A DNA stretch of 64,000 nucleotides from Squalus acanthias (lineage: Eukaryota), in the NCBI GenBank assembly GCA_030390025.1, contig CM059431.1, forward strand, positions 151,530,001 to 151,594,000, written 5' to 3'. Positions 13,581 through 27,345 of the stretch are shown here, piece after piece. Made by a program: the position numbers and the translations under genes. Below the pieces are notes generated by a model. The model did no database searches and was not told where the DNA came from. It saw nothing but the letters and a program-made list of their open reading frames with translations. The stretch's first letter is position 1. Every line of letters starts with the position of its first letter.

Positions 13581-16561
13581 CACAGTGTATCAGGATCCTG
13601 CAAGGGTTGTATGGGGTATCACAGTGTATCGGGATCCTGCCCGGGCTGTATGGGAATTTCACAGAGTATCAGGATCCTTCCAGGAGTGTATGGGGTTTCT
13701 AAGTATATCAGGATCCTGCCAAATGTGAATTTTGTTTGACAGTGCAACAGGATCCTGCCAGGTGTTTAAGGGGTTTCACAGTATATCAGGATCCATTCAA
13801 GTGTTTATTTGGTTTCAGTGCATTAGGAACCTGCCAGGTGTGTATAAGTGTTCAAAGTGTATCAGGATCAAGCCAGCGGTGTATGGGGTTTTCATAGTGT
13901 ATCAGGATTCTGCCAGGTGTGTATGGGGTTTCGCATTGTATCAGGATCCTGCCAGGTGTGCATGATGTTTCAAAGTGTATCGGAATCTAGCCAGTGGTGT
14001 ATGGATTTTCATAGTGGAACTAGATCGTTCCAGTTGTGTTTGGGGTATCACAGTGTATCAGGATCCTAACAGGTGTGTTTGGTATTTCGCAGTTCATCAG
14101 GTTCCTGCCAGGGGTGTATGGTGAATCATAGTGTATCGGGATCCTGCCAGGTGTATATAGGATTTTGACAAAATATTATGATCCTGCCAGTTGTGTATGG
14201 GGGGTCACAATGTATCAAAATCCTGTGAGGTGTGTATGTAGTTTCACAGTGTGTCAGGATCCCGCCAGTTGTGTATGGTGTTTCACAGTGTATCTGGGTT
14301 CTGCCAGGTGTGTATATGGTTTCACAGTATATCGACATCCTGCCAGGTGTGAATGGGGTTGCACAGTGTCTCAGGAAATTGCCAGGTGTGTATGGGATTT
14401 TCATACTATATCAGGAACCTGCCAGATTTGTATGTGGTTTCACAATGTATCTGGATCCTGCCAGGTGAGTTTGGGTTTTCACAGTGTATCATGTTCCTGC
14501 CAAATGTGTATGGTGTTTCTCAGTGTATCAGTACCTGCTAGGTGTGATTGGGATTTTACAATGTATTAGGATCCTGCCAGGAATTTATTTGTTTTCACAG
14601 TGTATCAGGATCTTGCAAGGTTTGTTTGGGGTATCACCGTGTATCGGGATCCTGCAAGATGTGTATGGAAATTTCACAGAGTATCAGGATCCTGCCAGGT
14701 GTGTTTGCGGTCTAATAATATATCTGGAAACTGCCAAGTGTTTATTTGGTTTCGCAGTGTATCAGGATCCTGCCAGGAGTGTATGGGGTTTCTCAGTATA
14801 TCCGGATTTTCCAGGTGTGTCAGCATATCAGGATCCTGCCAAGTGTTTATTTGGTTTCAGTGCATGTGGATCCTTCCAGGTGTGTATGGGGTTTCACAGT
14901 GTATCAGGATCTAGCCAGTTGTGTATTGGATTTAAATAGTATATCAGGATTCTGCCAGTTGTGTGTGTGGTTTCGCATTGTCTCAAGATTTTGCTAGGTA
15001 TGTTTGGGGTTTCACAGTGTATCATGATCCTGCCAGGTTGGTATGGGGTTTCACAATGTATCAGGATCCTGCCAGGTGTGTTTGTGGTTTTACATTATAA
15101 CCGGGACCTGCCAGATGTGTATGTTTTTTCCCAGTGTATCAGGATTCTTCCAGGTGTGTTTGGGGTTTTACAGTTTATCCGGAACCTTCCAGTTCTGTAT
15201 GGGTTCCACAGTGCATCAGGATCCTGAACGGTTTCTATGTGGTTTCACAGTGTATCATCGTCATGCCAGGTGTCTACGGATTTCGCAGTATATCAGGATA
15301 CTTCCAGGTGCCTATGGAGTTTCAGAATGTATCAGGATCCTTCCAGTTGTATTTGTGGATAAACAGTTTATCAGGATCCTCCCAGATGTGTATGGGGTTT
15401 CTCAGTGTATCTGAATCCTGCCAGGTGTGCTTTGGGTTTCACAGTGTATCAGGATCTTGCCAGGTGTGTATGGGGTTTCACAGATTATCAGGTTCCTGCC
15501 CGTTGTGTTTGGGGTTTCACTTTGAATCAGGATCCTGCCAGGTGTCTATGGAGTTTCACAGTATATCAAGATACCGCCAGGTGTGTTTTGTGATCCACAG
15601 TACATCAGGCTCGTGCCAGGTGCGTTTTGGGTTTCACAGTCTATCAGGTTCATGCCAGATGTATATGGCATTTTCGTAGCGTATCAGGATTCTGCCATGT
15701 GGATATGGGGTTTGAAAATGTATCAGGATCCAGCCAGGTGTGTTTGGAGTTTTACAATGTATCAGGATTCTTCCAGTTGTGTATTGGGTTCCACAGTGTA
15801 TCAAGATACCGCCAGATGTGTTTGGTGATCCACAGTACATCAGGCTCCTGCCAGATGTGTTTGGGTTTTGACAGTGTATCAGGATCCTGCAAGGTGTGTA
15901 TGGGGTATCTCATTGAATCGGGATACTGCCGGATGTGTATGCGATATTCACAGATTATCAGGATCCTGCCTGGTGTGTATGGGGCTTCACAGTGTATTAG
16001 GATCTAGCCACGTGTGTCCGGGATTTTCATTTTGTATCAATATCCTGTGAGTTGTGTATGGGGTTTCACAGTGTATCAGGATCCCGCCAGGAGTGTATGG
16101 GGTTTCTCAGTATATCAGGAACCTGCCAAGTGTGAATTTGGTTTGAAACTGTGTCAGGATCCTGCCAGATCTGTATGGGGACTCTCATTGAATCAGGATC
16201 CTGCCAGGTGTGCTTTGGGTTTCTCAGTGAATCAATATCCTGCCAGGTGTGCTTTGGGTTTCGAAGTGTATCAGGATCCGGCCAAGTATTTGTTTGGTTT
16301 CACAGTGCTTGAGGATCCAACCAGGTGTATTTGGGGTCTCACTGTGTATCAGGGACTTGCCAGGTGTGCATGGGGTTTGAAAATGTATCAGGATCCTGCC
16401 AGGTCTGTTTGGAGTTTAGCTGTGTATCAAGTTCCTGCCAGGAGTGTTTGGGATTTTAGAGTGTATCAGGATTCTTCCATGTTTGTATTGGGTTTCACAG
16501 TGTATCAGGATCTTGCAAGCTGTATATGCAGCATCACCGTGTAGCGGGTTCCTGCCAGGTG

Positions 16562-16784
16562 TGTGACATGAATCTTGTCATTCATGGAAAATGACTAATG
16601 CAATATAACTGGGCGGCCTGCTGGTGGCGCTGTCCAGGGAGAATATAAATACACGGGCACGGGCCCAGCTTGCGCAGGACATTCTTAACAGGAATTAAGA
16701 GGGACATAACTAGATCTCCATGTTGTAAAATAGTTGATTAAAGCTTTGTTTAATGCTTAGACCAAGTGCCTAGTAGTTCTGTTA
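16562..16784 (+). mobile_element. Unique LTR-like segment fused to a CR1 tail
   Basis: Non-satellite sequence beginning TGTGACA, with a TATAAATA box and an ATTAAA signal, ending ...CTGTTA. Identity not established. Confidence 0.35.
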
Positions 16785-16917
16785 TTGGATAAGCACATGG
16801 AGCACACCAGAGTGATAGGGAGTGTGATAGCTTGATCTTGGTCTCGGACAATGCTCGGCACAACATCGAGGGCCGAATGGCCTGTACTGTGCTGTACTGT
16901 TCTATGTTCTATGTTCT
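16781..16917 (+). mobile_element. CR1 3' end, same subfamily as 4946-6602
   Basis: Near-identical to 6468-6604, including the (TTCTATG)n tail. Confidence 0.92.
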
Positions 16918-19900
16918 ATCAGGATCCTGCCAGTTGTGTTTGGAGTTTCGCTCTGTATCAAGTGCCTGCCAGGGGTGTTTGCAGTTTCGCTTTGTATAAA
17001 GTGTCTGCCAGGTGTGCTTGGGGTTTTACAATGTATCAGGATTCTTCCAGTTTTGTATTCGGTTTCACAGTGTATCGGGATTCGGCCTGGTGTGTATGGG
17101 ATATTCACAGTGTATCAGGATCTACCTAGGTGTGTATGGGATTTTCATAGTTTATCAGGTAATGCCAGATTTGTATAGGGTTTCACGATGTATCAGGAGT
17201 TTCGCTCTGTATCAAGTGCTTGCCAGATGTGCTTGGCGTTTCGCTGTGTATCAAGTTCCTGCCAGGTGTGTTTGGGATTTCACAGTGTATCAGGATCCTA
17301 CAAGATGTTTTTGGATTACACAGTGTATCGGGTTCCTAGCCAGGTGTGTTTGCGATTATCATAGTTTATCAGGATCCTGCCAGGTGTTTATGGGTTTTCA
17401 CAATGTATCAGGATCCTGCGAGGTGTGTATGGGGTTTCACACTGCATCAGGATCCTGCAAGGTTTATATGGATTATCACATTGTATCGGGATCCTGCCCG
17501 GGGTGTATGGGTATTTCAAATAATATTATGATCCTGCCAGGTGTATCTGGGGGGTCACAGTTTATCAATATCCTGTGAGGTGTGGATGGAGTTATACAGT
17601 TTAACAGGATCCTGCCAGATTTGTATAGGGTTTCACTAAGTATCAGGTTCCTGCCAAGTGTGTATGGGATTTATCAGTGTATCAGGATCCTGCTAGGTAT
17701 GCTTGGAGTTTTACAATGTATCAGGATCCTGCCAGGTGTGTATTGGGTTTCACAATGTACCAGGATCCTGCAAGGTGTGTATGGGGTATCACAGTGTATC
17801 GGGATCCTGCCAGGGGTGTGCGGAATTGCACAGTGTATCAGGATCCTGCCAGGTGTATATGAGGTTTAACAATATATCAGAAAATTGCCAAGAGTTTATT
17901 TGGTTTCGCAGTGTATCTGGATCCTGCCAGGTGTGTATGGTGTTTCACACTGTAACATATTCCTGCCAGATGTGTATGAGGTTTCACAGTATATCAGGAT
18001 CGTTCCAAGTGTTTATTTGGTTTCACAGTGTATGAGGTGACTGCCAGGTGGGTATGGACTTCCACAGTGTATCAGGATCCCAAATGTGTATGGCGTTCCA
18101 CAGTATATCAGGATCCTTCCAAGTGTTTATTTGGTTTCACAGTGTGCGAGGTTCGTGCAAGGTGTGTATGTGGTTCCACAGTGTATCAGGATCCTGCCCG
18201 TTGTGTTTGGGGTTTCACTGTGTATCACGATCCTGCAAGGTGTTTATGGGATTTCGCAGGTTATCATGCTCCTGCCAGCTGTATATGGGTTTCACAGTAT
18301 ATTTGGATCCTTTCAGTTGTTTTGGGGGTTTCAATGTGTATCAGGCTCCTGCCAGGTGTGTATTGGGTTTCAAAGTGTATCAGGATCCGGCCAATTACTT
18401 ATTTGGTTTCACAGTGTATGAGGATCCTGCCAGGTTTGTTTGGGGTTTCACAATGTAACAGGGACATGCCAGGTGTGTATGGGATTTCGGTAGCGTATCC
18501 GGAATCTGCCAGGTGTGTATGAGGTTTGAAACTGTATCAGGATCTTGCCAGGTGTGTTTGGAGTTTTACAGTGTATCTTGATTCTTCAAGGTGTGTCTTG
18601 GGTGTCAATGTGTATCAGGATCCTGCAAGGAGTGTATGGAGTATCACAGTGTAAATTGATCCTGCCTGTTATGTATGGCATTTTGACAGAATGTCAGGAT
18701 CCTGCCAGATGTGCATGGCGTTTCGCTGTGTATCAATTTCCTGCCAGGTGTGTATTGGGGTTTCACAGTGTGCCAGGATTCTTCCAGGTGTGTATAGCGA
18801 TTCACAGTGTTTCAGGATCCTACAAGGTGTTTATGGGGTACCACAGTGTATCGGGATCCTGCCAGGTGTGTACGGGATATTCACAGAGTATCAGGATCCT
18901 GCCAGGTGTGTATGAGGTTTCAGAGTGCCTCAGGGTCTAGCCAGGTGTGTGTGGGATTATCATAGTGTATCAGGATCCAGCCAGGTGTTTATGGTTTTTC
19001 ACAATGTAACAGGATCCTGCGTGGTGTGTATGGGGTTTCACACTGTATCAGGATCCTGCAAGGTTTATATGGAGTATCACATTTTATCGGGATCCTGCCA
19101 GGGGTGTATGGGTATTTCACAGAATATTATGATCCTGCCAGGTGTATCTGGGGGGTCAAAGTTTATCAATATCCTGTGAGGTGTGGATGGAGTTTAACAG
19201 TTTAGCAGGATCCTGCCAGTTTTGTTCGGTGTTTCGCGGTGTATCAGGATCCTGCCAGGTGTGTATGTGGTTTCACAGTATATGGGGATCCTGCCAGGTG
19301 TGAATGGGGTTTCAGAGTGAATCAGGATCTAACCAGGTGTGTATGGGATTTTCATAGTATATCAGGATCCTGACAGGTGAATATCGGTTTTCACAATATA
19401 TCTGGATCCTGCCAGGTGAGTTTGAGGTTTCACAATGTATCATGTTCGGGAGAGGTGTGTATGGGGTATCACAATGTATCGGGATCCTGCCAGGGGTGTG
19501 TGGAATTGCACAGTGTATCAGGATCCTGCCAGGTGTATATGAGGATTAACAATATATCAGAAAACTGCCAAGAGTTTATTTGGTTTCGCAGTGTATCTGG
19601 ATCCTGCCAGGTGTGTATGGTGTTTCACACTGTAACATATTCCTGTCAGATGTGTATGAAGTTTCACAGTATATCAGGATCCTTCCAAGTGTTTATTTGG
19701 TTTCACAGTGTATGAGGTTCCTGCCAGGCGTGTATGGACTTCCACAGTGTATCAGGATCCCCAGATGTGTATGGCGTTCCACAGTATATCAGGATCCTTC
19801 CAAGTGTTTATTTGGTTACACAGTGTATGAGGTTCGTGCAAGGTGTGTATGTGGTTCCACAGTGTATCAGGATCCTGCCCGTTGTGTTTGGGGTTTCATT

Positions 19901-22900
19901 GTGTATCACGATCATGCAAGGTGTTTATGGGGTTTCGCAGGTTATCATGCTCCTGCCAGCTGTGTATGGGTTTCACAGTATATCTGGATGCTTCCAGTTG
20001 TTTTGGGGGTTTCCATGTGTATCAGGCTCCTGCCAGGTGTGTACTGGGATTCAAAGTGTATCAGGATCCGGCCAAGTACTTATTTGGTTTCACAGTGTAT
20101 GAGGATCCTGTCAGGTTTGTTTGGGGATTCAAAGTGTAACAGGGACATGCCAGGTGTGTATGGGATTTTGGTAGCGTATCCGGATCCTGCCAGGTGTGTA
20201 TGAGGTTTGAAAATGTATCAGGATCTTGCCAGGTGTGTTTGGAGTTTTACAGTATATCTCGATTCTTCCAGGTGTATCTTGGGTTTCAATGTGTATCAGG
20301 ATCCAGCAAGGAGTGTTTGGAGTATCACAGTGTAAATTGATCCTGCCTGTTGTGTATGGCATTTTGACAGAATGTCAGGATCCTGCCATATGTGCTTGGC
20401 GTTTCGCTGTGTATCAAGTTCCTGCCAGGTGTGTATTGGGGTCTCACAGTGTGTCAGGGTTCTTCCAGGTGTGTATTGCGATTCACAGTGTTTCAGGATC
20501 CTACAAGGTGTTTATGGGGTACCACAGTGTATCGGGATCCTGCCAGGTGTGTACGGGATATTCGCAGAGTGTCAGGATCCTGCCAGGTGTGTATGAGGTT
20601 TCAGAGTGCATCAGGGTCTAGCCAGGTATGTGTGGGATTATCATAGTGTATCAGGATCCTGCCAGGTGTTTATGGGTTTTCACAATGTATCAGGATCCTG
20701 CGAGGTGTGTATGGGGTTTCAAACTGTATCAGGATCCTGCAAGGTTTATATGGAGTATCACATTTTATCGGGATCCTGCCAGGGGTGTATGGGTCTTTCA
20801 CAGAATATTATGAAGCTGCCAGGTGTATCTGGGGGGGTCAAAGTTTATCAATATCCTGTGAGGTGTGGTAGGAGTTTCACAGTTTAGCAGGATCCTGCCA
20901 GTTTTGTTTGGTGTTTCGCGGTGTATCAGGATCCTGCCAGGTGGGTATGTGGTTTCACAGTATATGGGGATCCTGCCAGGTGTGAATGGGGTTTCACAGT
21001 GAATCAGGATCTAACCAGGTGTGTATTGGATTTTCATAGAATATCAGGATCCTGACAGGTGAGTATCGGGTTTCACAATATATCTGGATCCTGATAGGTG
21101 AGTTTGGGGTTTCACAGTGTATCAGGTTCATGAGAGGTGTGTATGGGGTTTCACAGTATTTCAGTATCCTGCCGGGTGTTCTTGGGGTTTTAAGGTGTAT
21201 CAGGATCCTGCCATGTGTGTATTGGGTTTCAAAGTGTATCAGGATTCTGCAAGGTTGTTATGGGTTATCACAGTGTATCAGGATCCTGCCAGGTGTGTAT
21301 GGGAATTTCGCAATGTATCAGTGTCCTGCCAGGTGTGTATGTTGTTTCACAGTGTATCAGGATCCTGCCAGGAGCGTATGGGGTTTTATACTATATCAGG
21401 AACATGCCAGATGTTTATTTGGTTTCGCAATGTATGTGGATCCTGCCAGGTGTGTATGGGGTTTCTCAGTATATCAGGAACCTGCCAAGTGTGTATTTGA
21501 TTTCGCAGTGCAACAGGATGCTGCCGGTTTTTTATGGTGTTTCAGAGTGTATCAGGATCCTGCCAATTGTGTTTTGGGTTTCACACTGTATCAGGATCCT
21601 TCTAGGTGTTTATAGCGTTTAACAGTATATCTGGATCCTGCCAAGTGTTTATTGGCATCACAGTGTATGAGGATCCTGCCAGGTGTGTGTGGGTTTTCAT
21701 TGTGTATCAGGATCTAGCCAGGTGTGTATGGGATTTTTCCATTCATCAGGATCCTTCCAGGTGTGTTTGGGTTTTTTCCGTGTATCAGTCTCCTTCCGGT
21801 GTGTTCTGGTTTTACAGTGTATCAGGATCATGCCAGGTGTACATGGTGTTTCACATTGCATCAGGATCTAGCCAAGTGTGTGTGGGTTTTCACAGATTAT
21901 CAGGATCCTGCCAGGTGCGTTTTGGTTTTCAGAGTTTATCAATAACCTGCGAGGTGTGTATGGAATATCACACTGTATCAGGATCCTGCCAGGTGTGTAT
22001 GGAGTTTCACACTGTATCAGGATCCTGTGCGGTGTGTATGGAATTTCAAAATATATCAGATTCCTGCTCGGGTGTTTTTGTGGTTTCAAATTGTGGCAGG
22101 ATCCTGTAAGTGCTGTATGTGATTCACAGTGTATCAGGATCCCGCCAGGTGTGTTTGTTGCTTCAGAGTGTTTCAGGATCCTGCCAGTTGTGTAATGGGT
22201 TTCATAGTATATCAGGATCATGCCAAGTGTGTATGGGCTTTCAAAGAAGATCAGGATCCTGTCAGGTGTGTTTTGGGTTTCTCAGTGTATCAGCATCTTG
22301 CCAGTTGTGTATTGGGTTTCACAGTGTATCACGATTCTGCAAGGTGTGTATGGGGTGTCACAGTGTAACGGGGTCCTGCCAGCTGTGTATGGCATTTTCA
22401 CAGAATATCAGGATCCTGCCAGGTGTCTATGGGGTTTCCGAGTATATCAGGATCCTGCCAGATGTGTATGGGGTTTCACAATGTATAAGGATCCTGCCAG
22501 TTGTGTTTGGGGTTTCACAGTGTATCAGGATCCAGCCAGGTGTGTATTGGGTTACAAAATGTATCACGATCCAGCCAAGTATTTATTTGGTTTCACAGTG
22601 TATGAGGATCCTGCCAGGTGTGTATGGGGTTCACAGTGTATCAGGCCCTTGCTACGTGTGTTTGGTATTTTCGTAATGTATCAGAATTCTGCCAGGTGTG
22701 TATGGGGTTTGAAAATGTATCAGGATCCTGCCAGGTGTGTTTGGGGTTTCGCTGTGTAACAAGTTCCTGCCAGGTGTGTTTGGGGTTTTACACTGTACCA
22801 GGAGCTTTCCAAGAGTGTATTGGATTTCACGATGTATCAGGAACCTGCAAGGTGTGTATGGGGTATCACAGTGTATCGGGATCATGCCATGTATCTATGG

Positions 22901-23844
22901 GATAATCACAGAATATCAGGATCCATCCTGGTGTGTATGGGGGTTCGCATTGTATCAATATCCTGCGAGGTGTGTGTGGAGTTTAATACGCTATCAGGAT
23001 CCTGCCAGGTGTGCATGGGATTTCCAAATATATCAGGAACCTACCAAGTTTTTAATTGGTTTCGCAGTGTATCAAGATCCTGCCAGATTTGTATTGGGTA
23101 TCACAGTGTAACAGGATCCTGCCAGATGTACTTGGGGTTTTCCCGTGTGTCAGCATCCTGCCAGGTGTTTATGGGGTTTCGCAGTATATCAGGATCACAC
23201 AGGTGTGTTTGGTGTTTCACAGTGTATCAGGATCCTGTCAGGTGTATGGGGTTTCAGAGTATATCAGAAACCTGTCAAGTGTTTATTTGATTTCGCAGTG
23301 TATCACGATCCTGCCAGGTGTGTATTGGGTATCGCAGTGTAACAGGATCCTGCCAGTTGTGTTTGGGGTTTCACAGTGTGTCAGGATGCTGCCAGGTGTG
23401 TATGGGGTTTCACAGTATATCAGGATCCCGACAGGTGTGTTTGGCGTTTGATAGTGTATCACCATCCGAACAGGTGATCATTGGGATTCACAGTATATCA
23501 GGATCCAGCCAATGTTTTAATTGGTTTCACAGTGTATGTGGATCCTGCCAGGTGTGTATGGGGTTTCCGAGGGTATCAGGATCTAGCCAGGTGTGCATGG
23601 AATTTTCATAGTGTATAAGAATTCTGCCAGGTGTTTTTGGAGGTCGCTTTCTATCAGGTTCCTTCCAGGTGCGTATGGGCTTTCCCAGTGTATCAGGATC
23701 CTGCCAGGTGTGTATTGGGTTGCACAGTGTATCAGGATCCTGCAGTTGTGTATGTGGGTTCACAGTGTATCAAAATCCTGCGAGGTTTGTATGGATTTTC
23801 AAACTGTATCATGATCCTGCCCGGTCTCTATGTGGTTTAGCAGT

Positions 23845-24085
23845 AATGAGAAGTCGCACAACACCAGGTTATAGTCCAACAGATTTATTTAAAATTACAA
23901 GCTTTCGGAGATATAGTCCCTTCGTCAGGTAAAGTTACTCTGAGAGAATCTATCAGAATTCACAGAATATAAACACAGAGAAAATGCATAGATTAAATCT
24001 TTCCCTGCATCAAAGACACACTAAGAGCACAGCCAAGACAATGAGATGTGTCCCAGGGGGTCCAATGCGTCAAAACACGTTTAAC
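23845..24085 (-). mobile_element. Short Penelope-like pLTR insertion
   Basis: Begins with the pLTR terminus ATGAGAAGTCGCACAACACCAGGTTATAGTCCAAC. 10-bp TSD GTTTA(G/A)CAGT at 23835-23844 / 24086-24095. Confidence 0.85.
23895..23932 (-). ncRNA. Minimal hammerhead ribozyme motif
   Basis: Minus strand UUAC-CUGACGA-A-GGGACUAUAUCUCC-GAA-AGCU-U-GUAA. Core intact, stem I UUAC/GUAA, stem II weak. Confidence 0.65.
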
Positions 24086-26085
24086 GTTTAACAGTTTTTC
24101 AGGATCATGCAAGGTGTGTACGGGTTTCACAGTATATCATGATCCTTTCCGTTGTCTTTGGGGTTTCACAGTGTATCAGGATCCTGCCAGGTGTGTATGG
24201 GTTTCACTGTGTACCTGGATTCTTCCAGTTTGGTTTGGGGATTCACAGTGTATAAGGATCCTGCCAGGTGTGTATTGGTTTTCAAAGTGTATCAGGATCC
24301 TGCCAAGTCTTTATTTGGTTTCACAGTGTATGAAGATCCGGCTATAAGTTTTTAGGGTTTCACAGTGCATCATGTTCCTGCCATGTGTGTTTGGGGTTTT
24401 ACAGTGTATCATTTCCTTCCATGTGTGTATTGGTTTTCACAGTGTATCAAGCTCCTGCCAGGTGTGTATGGGATATTCACAGAGTATCAGGATCCTTCCA
24501 GGTGTGTTTGTGGATTCACAGTGTATCAATATCCTGCGAGGTGTGTATGAAGCTTCACACTGTATCTCTATCCTGAAAGGTTTGGAAGGTGTTTCACTCT
24601 ATTTCAGGAAACTACCAAGTGTTTATTTGGATTCGCAGTGTAACAGGATCCTGCCAGGTGTGTTTGGGGTTTCACAGTGTGTCAGGATCCTGCCAGGGGT
24701 GTATGGCGTTTCAGAGTGTATCAGGATCTTGCCAGGTGTGCATGGAATTTTCATAGTGTATAAGGATTCTGCGATGTGTTTTTGGAGTCCGCAGTGTATC
24801 AGGTTCCTTCCAGGTGTGTATGGGATTTCCCAGTGTACCAGGATCCTGCCAGGTGTGTTTGCGGTTTCACGGTGTATCAGGAGCCTTCAATGTGTGTATT
24901 GGGTTTCATAGTGTATCACGATCCTGCAGGTGTGTACGTGGGTTCACAGTGTATCAATATCCTGCGAGGTTTGTATGGAGTTTCTCACTGAATCAGGATC
25001 CTGCCCAGTCTCTATGGGGTTTCACAGTGTATCAGGATCATGCCAGGTGTGTTTGGGGATTCACATTGTATAATGATCCTTCTAGTTGTGTTTGGGGATT
25101 CACTTTGTATAAGGATCCTGCCAGGTGTGTATGGGGTTTCACAGTGTACCTGGATCCTTCCAGTTGCGTTTGGGGATTCACAGTGTAAAAGGATCCTGCC
25201 AGGTGTGTATTGGGTTTCAAAGTGTATCAGGATCCTGCCAAGTATTTATTTGGTATCACAGTGTATGAGGATCCTGCTATAAGTTTTTGGGGTTTCACAG
25301 TGTATCAAGCTCTTGCCATGTGTGTTTGGGGTTAATGTGTTTATCAGGATCCTTCCAGGTATGTATTGGTTTTCACAGTGTATCAGGATCCTGCAGGGTG
25401 TGTATGGGGTATCACAGTGTTTCGGGATCCTGCCAGTTGTGTTTCGTGTTTCACATTGGGTCAGGATCCTGCCATGGGTGTATGGCGTTTCAGAGTGTAT
25501 CAGGATCTTCCAGGTGTGTTTGACTTTTTACAGTGTATGCGGACCCTGCCATGTGTGTATGGGGTTTCTCAGTATATCAGGACTCTGTCAAGTATTAATT
25601 TGGTTTCAGAGTTTATCAGGCTGTTGCCAGGTGTCTTGGATGTTTCAGAGTGTATCAGGATCCTGCCAGTTGTGATTGGGGTTTCACCCTGAATCCGGAA
25701 CCTGCCAGTTGTGTAAGAGGTTTCACAGTTTAGCAGGAACCTGCCAGGTCTGCTTGGGGTTTCAAATTGTATCAGGAAACTGCGAGGCATGTATGGGGTT
25801 TCACATTGTATAAGGATACTTCAGATGTGTACGGGGTTTCACAGTGTATCAGGATCCTGACAGGTGTGTTTGTGGTTACACAGTGTATCAGGAACCTGCC
25901 AGGTGTGTATGACGTTTCACAGTGTATCAGGATCATGCCAGGTGTATTTGGTGTTTTACATTTTATCAGCATCTTGCCAGGTGTGTATTCGTTTTCACAG
26001 TGTATCACGATCCTGCAAGTTGTGAATGGGGTTTCACAGTGTAGCAGGATCTTGCCAGGTGTGTTTGGGCTTTTATAGTGTATCA

Positions 26086-27345
26086 GGATTTTTTGAGGAT
26101 GTAACTGGGTAAATAGGTAAGGGAGAACCAGTAGATGTGGTGTATTTGGACTTTCAAAAGGCTTTCGATAATGTCCCGCTTAAGAGATTGGCGTGTAAAG
26201 TTAAGGCACATGGGATTGGGGGAAAGGTATTGACTTGGATAGAGAACTGGTTGGCGGACAGAAAGCAGAGAGTAGGAATTAATGGGTCTTTTTCCGAGTG
26301 TCAAGCAGTGACTAGTGGGGTACCCCAGCGATCGGTCCTTGGACCCCAGCCTATCACAATATAGATTAATGATCTAGATAAGGGAACTAAATGTAATATC
26401 TCCAAGTTTGCAGCTGACACAAAGCTGGGTGGGAGTGTGTGCTGCGAAAAGGATACCGAGAAACTCCAGATGATTTGGACAGGTTGGGTGAGTGGGCTGA
26501 AGCGTGGCAGATGCAATATAACGTGGGTAAGTGCAAGGTTATCCACTTTGGTGTCAAAAACAGAAAGGCAGACTGTTATCTGAATGGCTATAGATTGGGA
26601 GAAGGGGAAGTGCAACGAGACCTAGGTGTCCTTGTGCACCAGTCGCTGAAAGTAAACATGCAGGCGCAGCAGGCGGTGAAGAAGGCAAATGGTATATTGG
26701 CCTTCATAGCGAAAGGGTTTGACTATAGGAACAGGGATGTCCTGCTGCAGTTGTACAGGGCCTTGGTGAGACCACCCCTTGAGTACTGTGTGCAATTTTG
26801 GTCGCCTTATCTGAGGAAGGATGTTCTTGCCATGGAAGGAGTTCAGCGAAGATTCACAAGGCTGATACCTGGGATGGCAGGAATGACATATGAGGAGAGA
26901 TTGGGTCGATTGGGCTTATACTCGCTGGAGTATAGAAGGATGAGAGTGGATCTCATCGAAACATATAAAATTCTGACAGGTCTGGACAAAGTAGATGCAG
27001 GAAGAATGTTCCTGATGGTCGGTGAGTCCAGAACCAGGGGTCATAATCTAAGGATAACGGGTAAGCCTTTTAGGACAGAAATGAGGAAGAATTTCTTCAC
27101 CCAGAGACTGGTGAACCTGTGGAATTCTCTACCACAGATGGTAGTTGAGGCCAATTCATTAAATATATTCAAGAATGAGTTAGATATATTTCTTAAAGCT
27201 CAAGGTATCAAGGGATATGGGGAGAAGGCAGGTACAGGGAACTGAGTTTGAATGATCAGCCATGATCTCATCGAATGGCGAAGCAGGCTCGAGGGGCCGA
27301 CTGGCCTACTCCTGCTCCTATCTTCTATGTTTCTATGTTTCTATG
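26086..27345 (+). mobile_element. 5'-truncated CR1 LINE (frameshifted RT)
   Basis: ORFs 26137-26364 and 26439-27245 (DFQKAFD, LYRALVRPPLEYCVQFWSP, WNSLP). (TTCTATGT)n tail. Confidence 0.94.
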
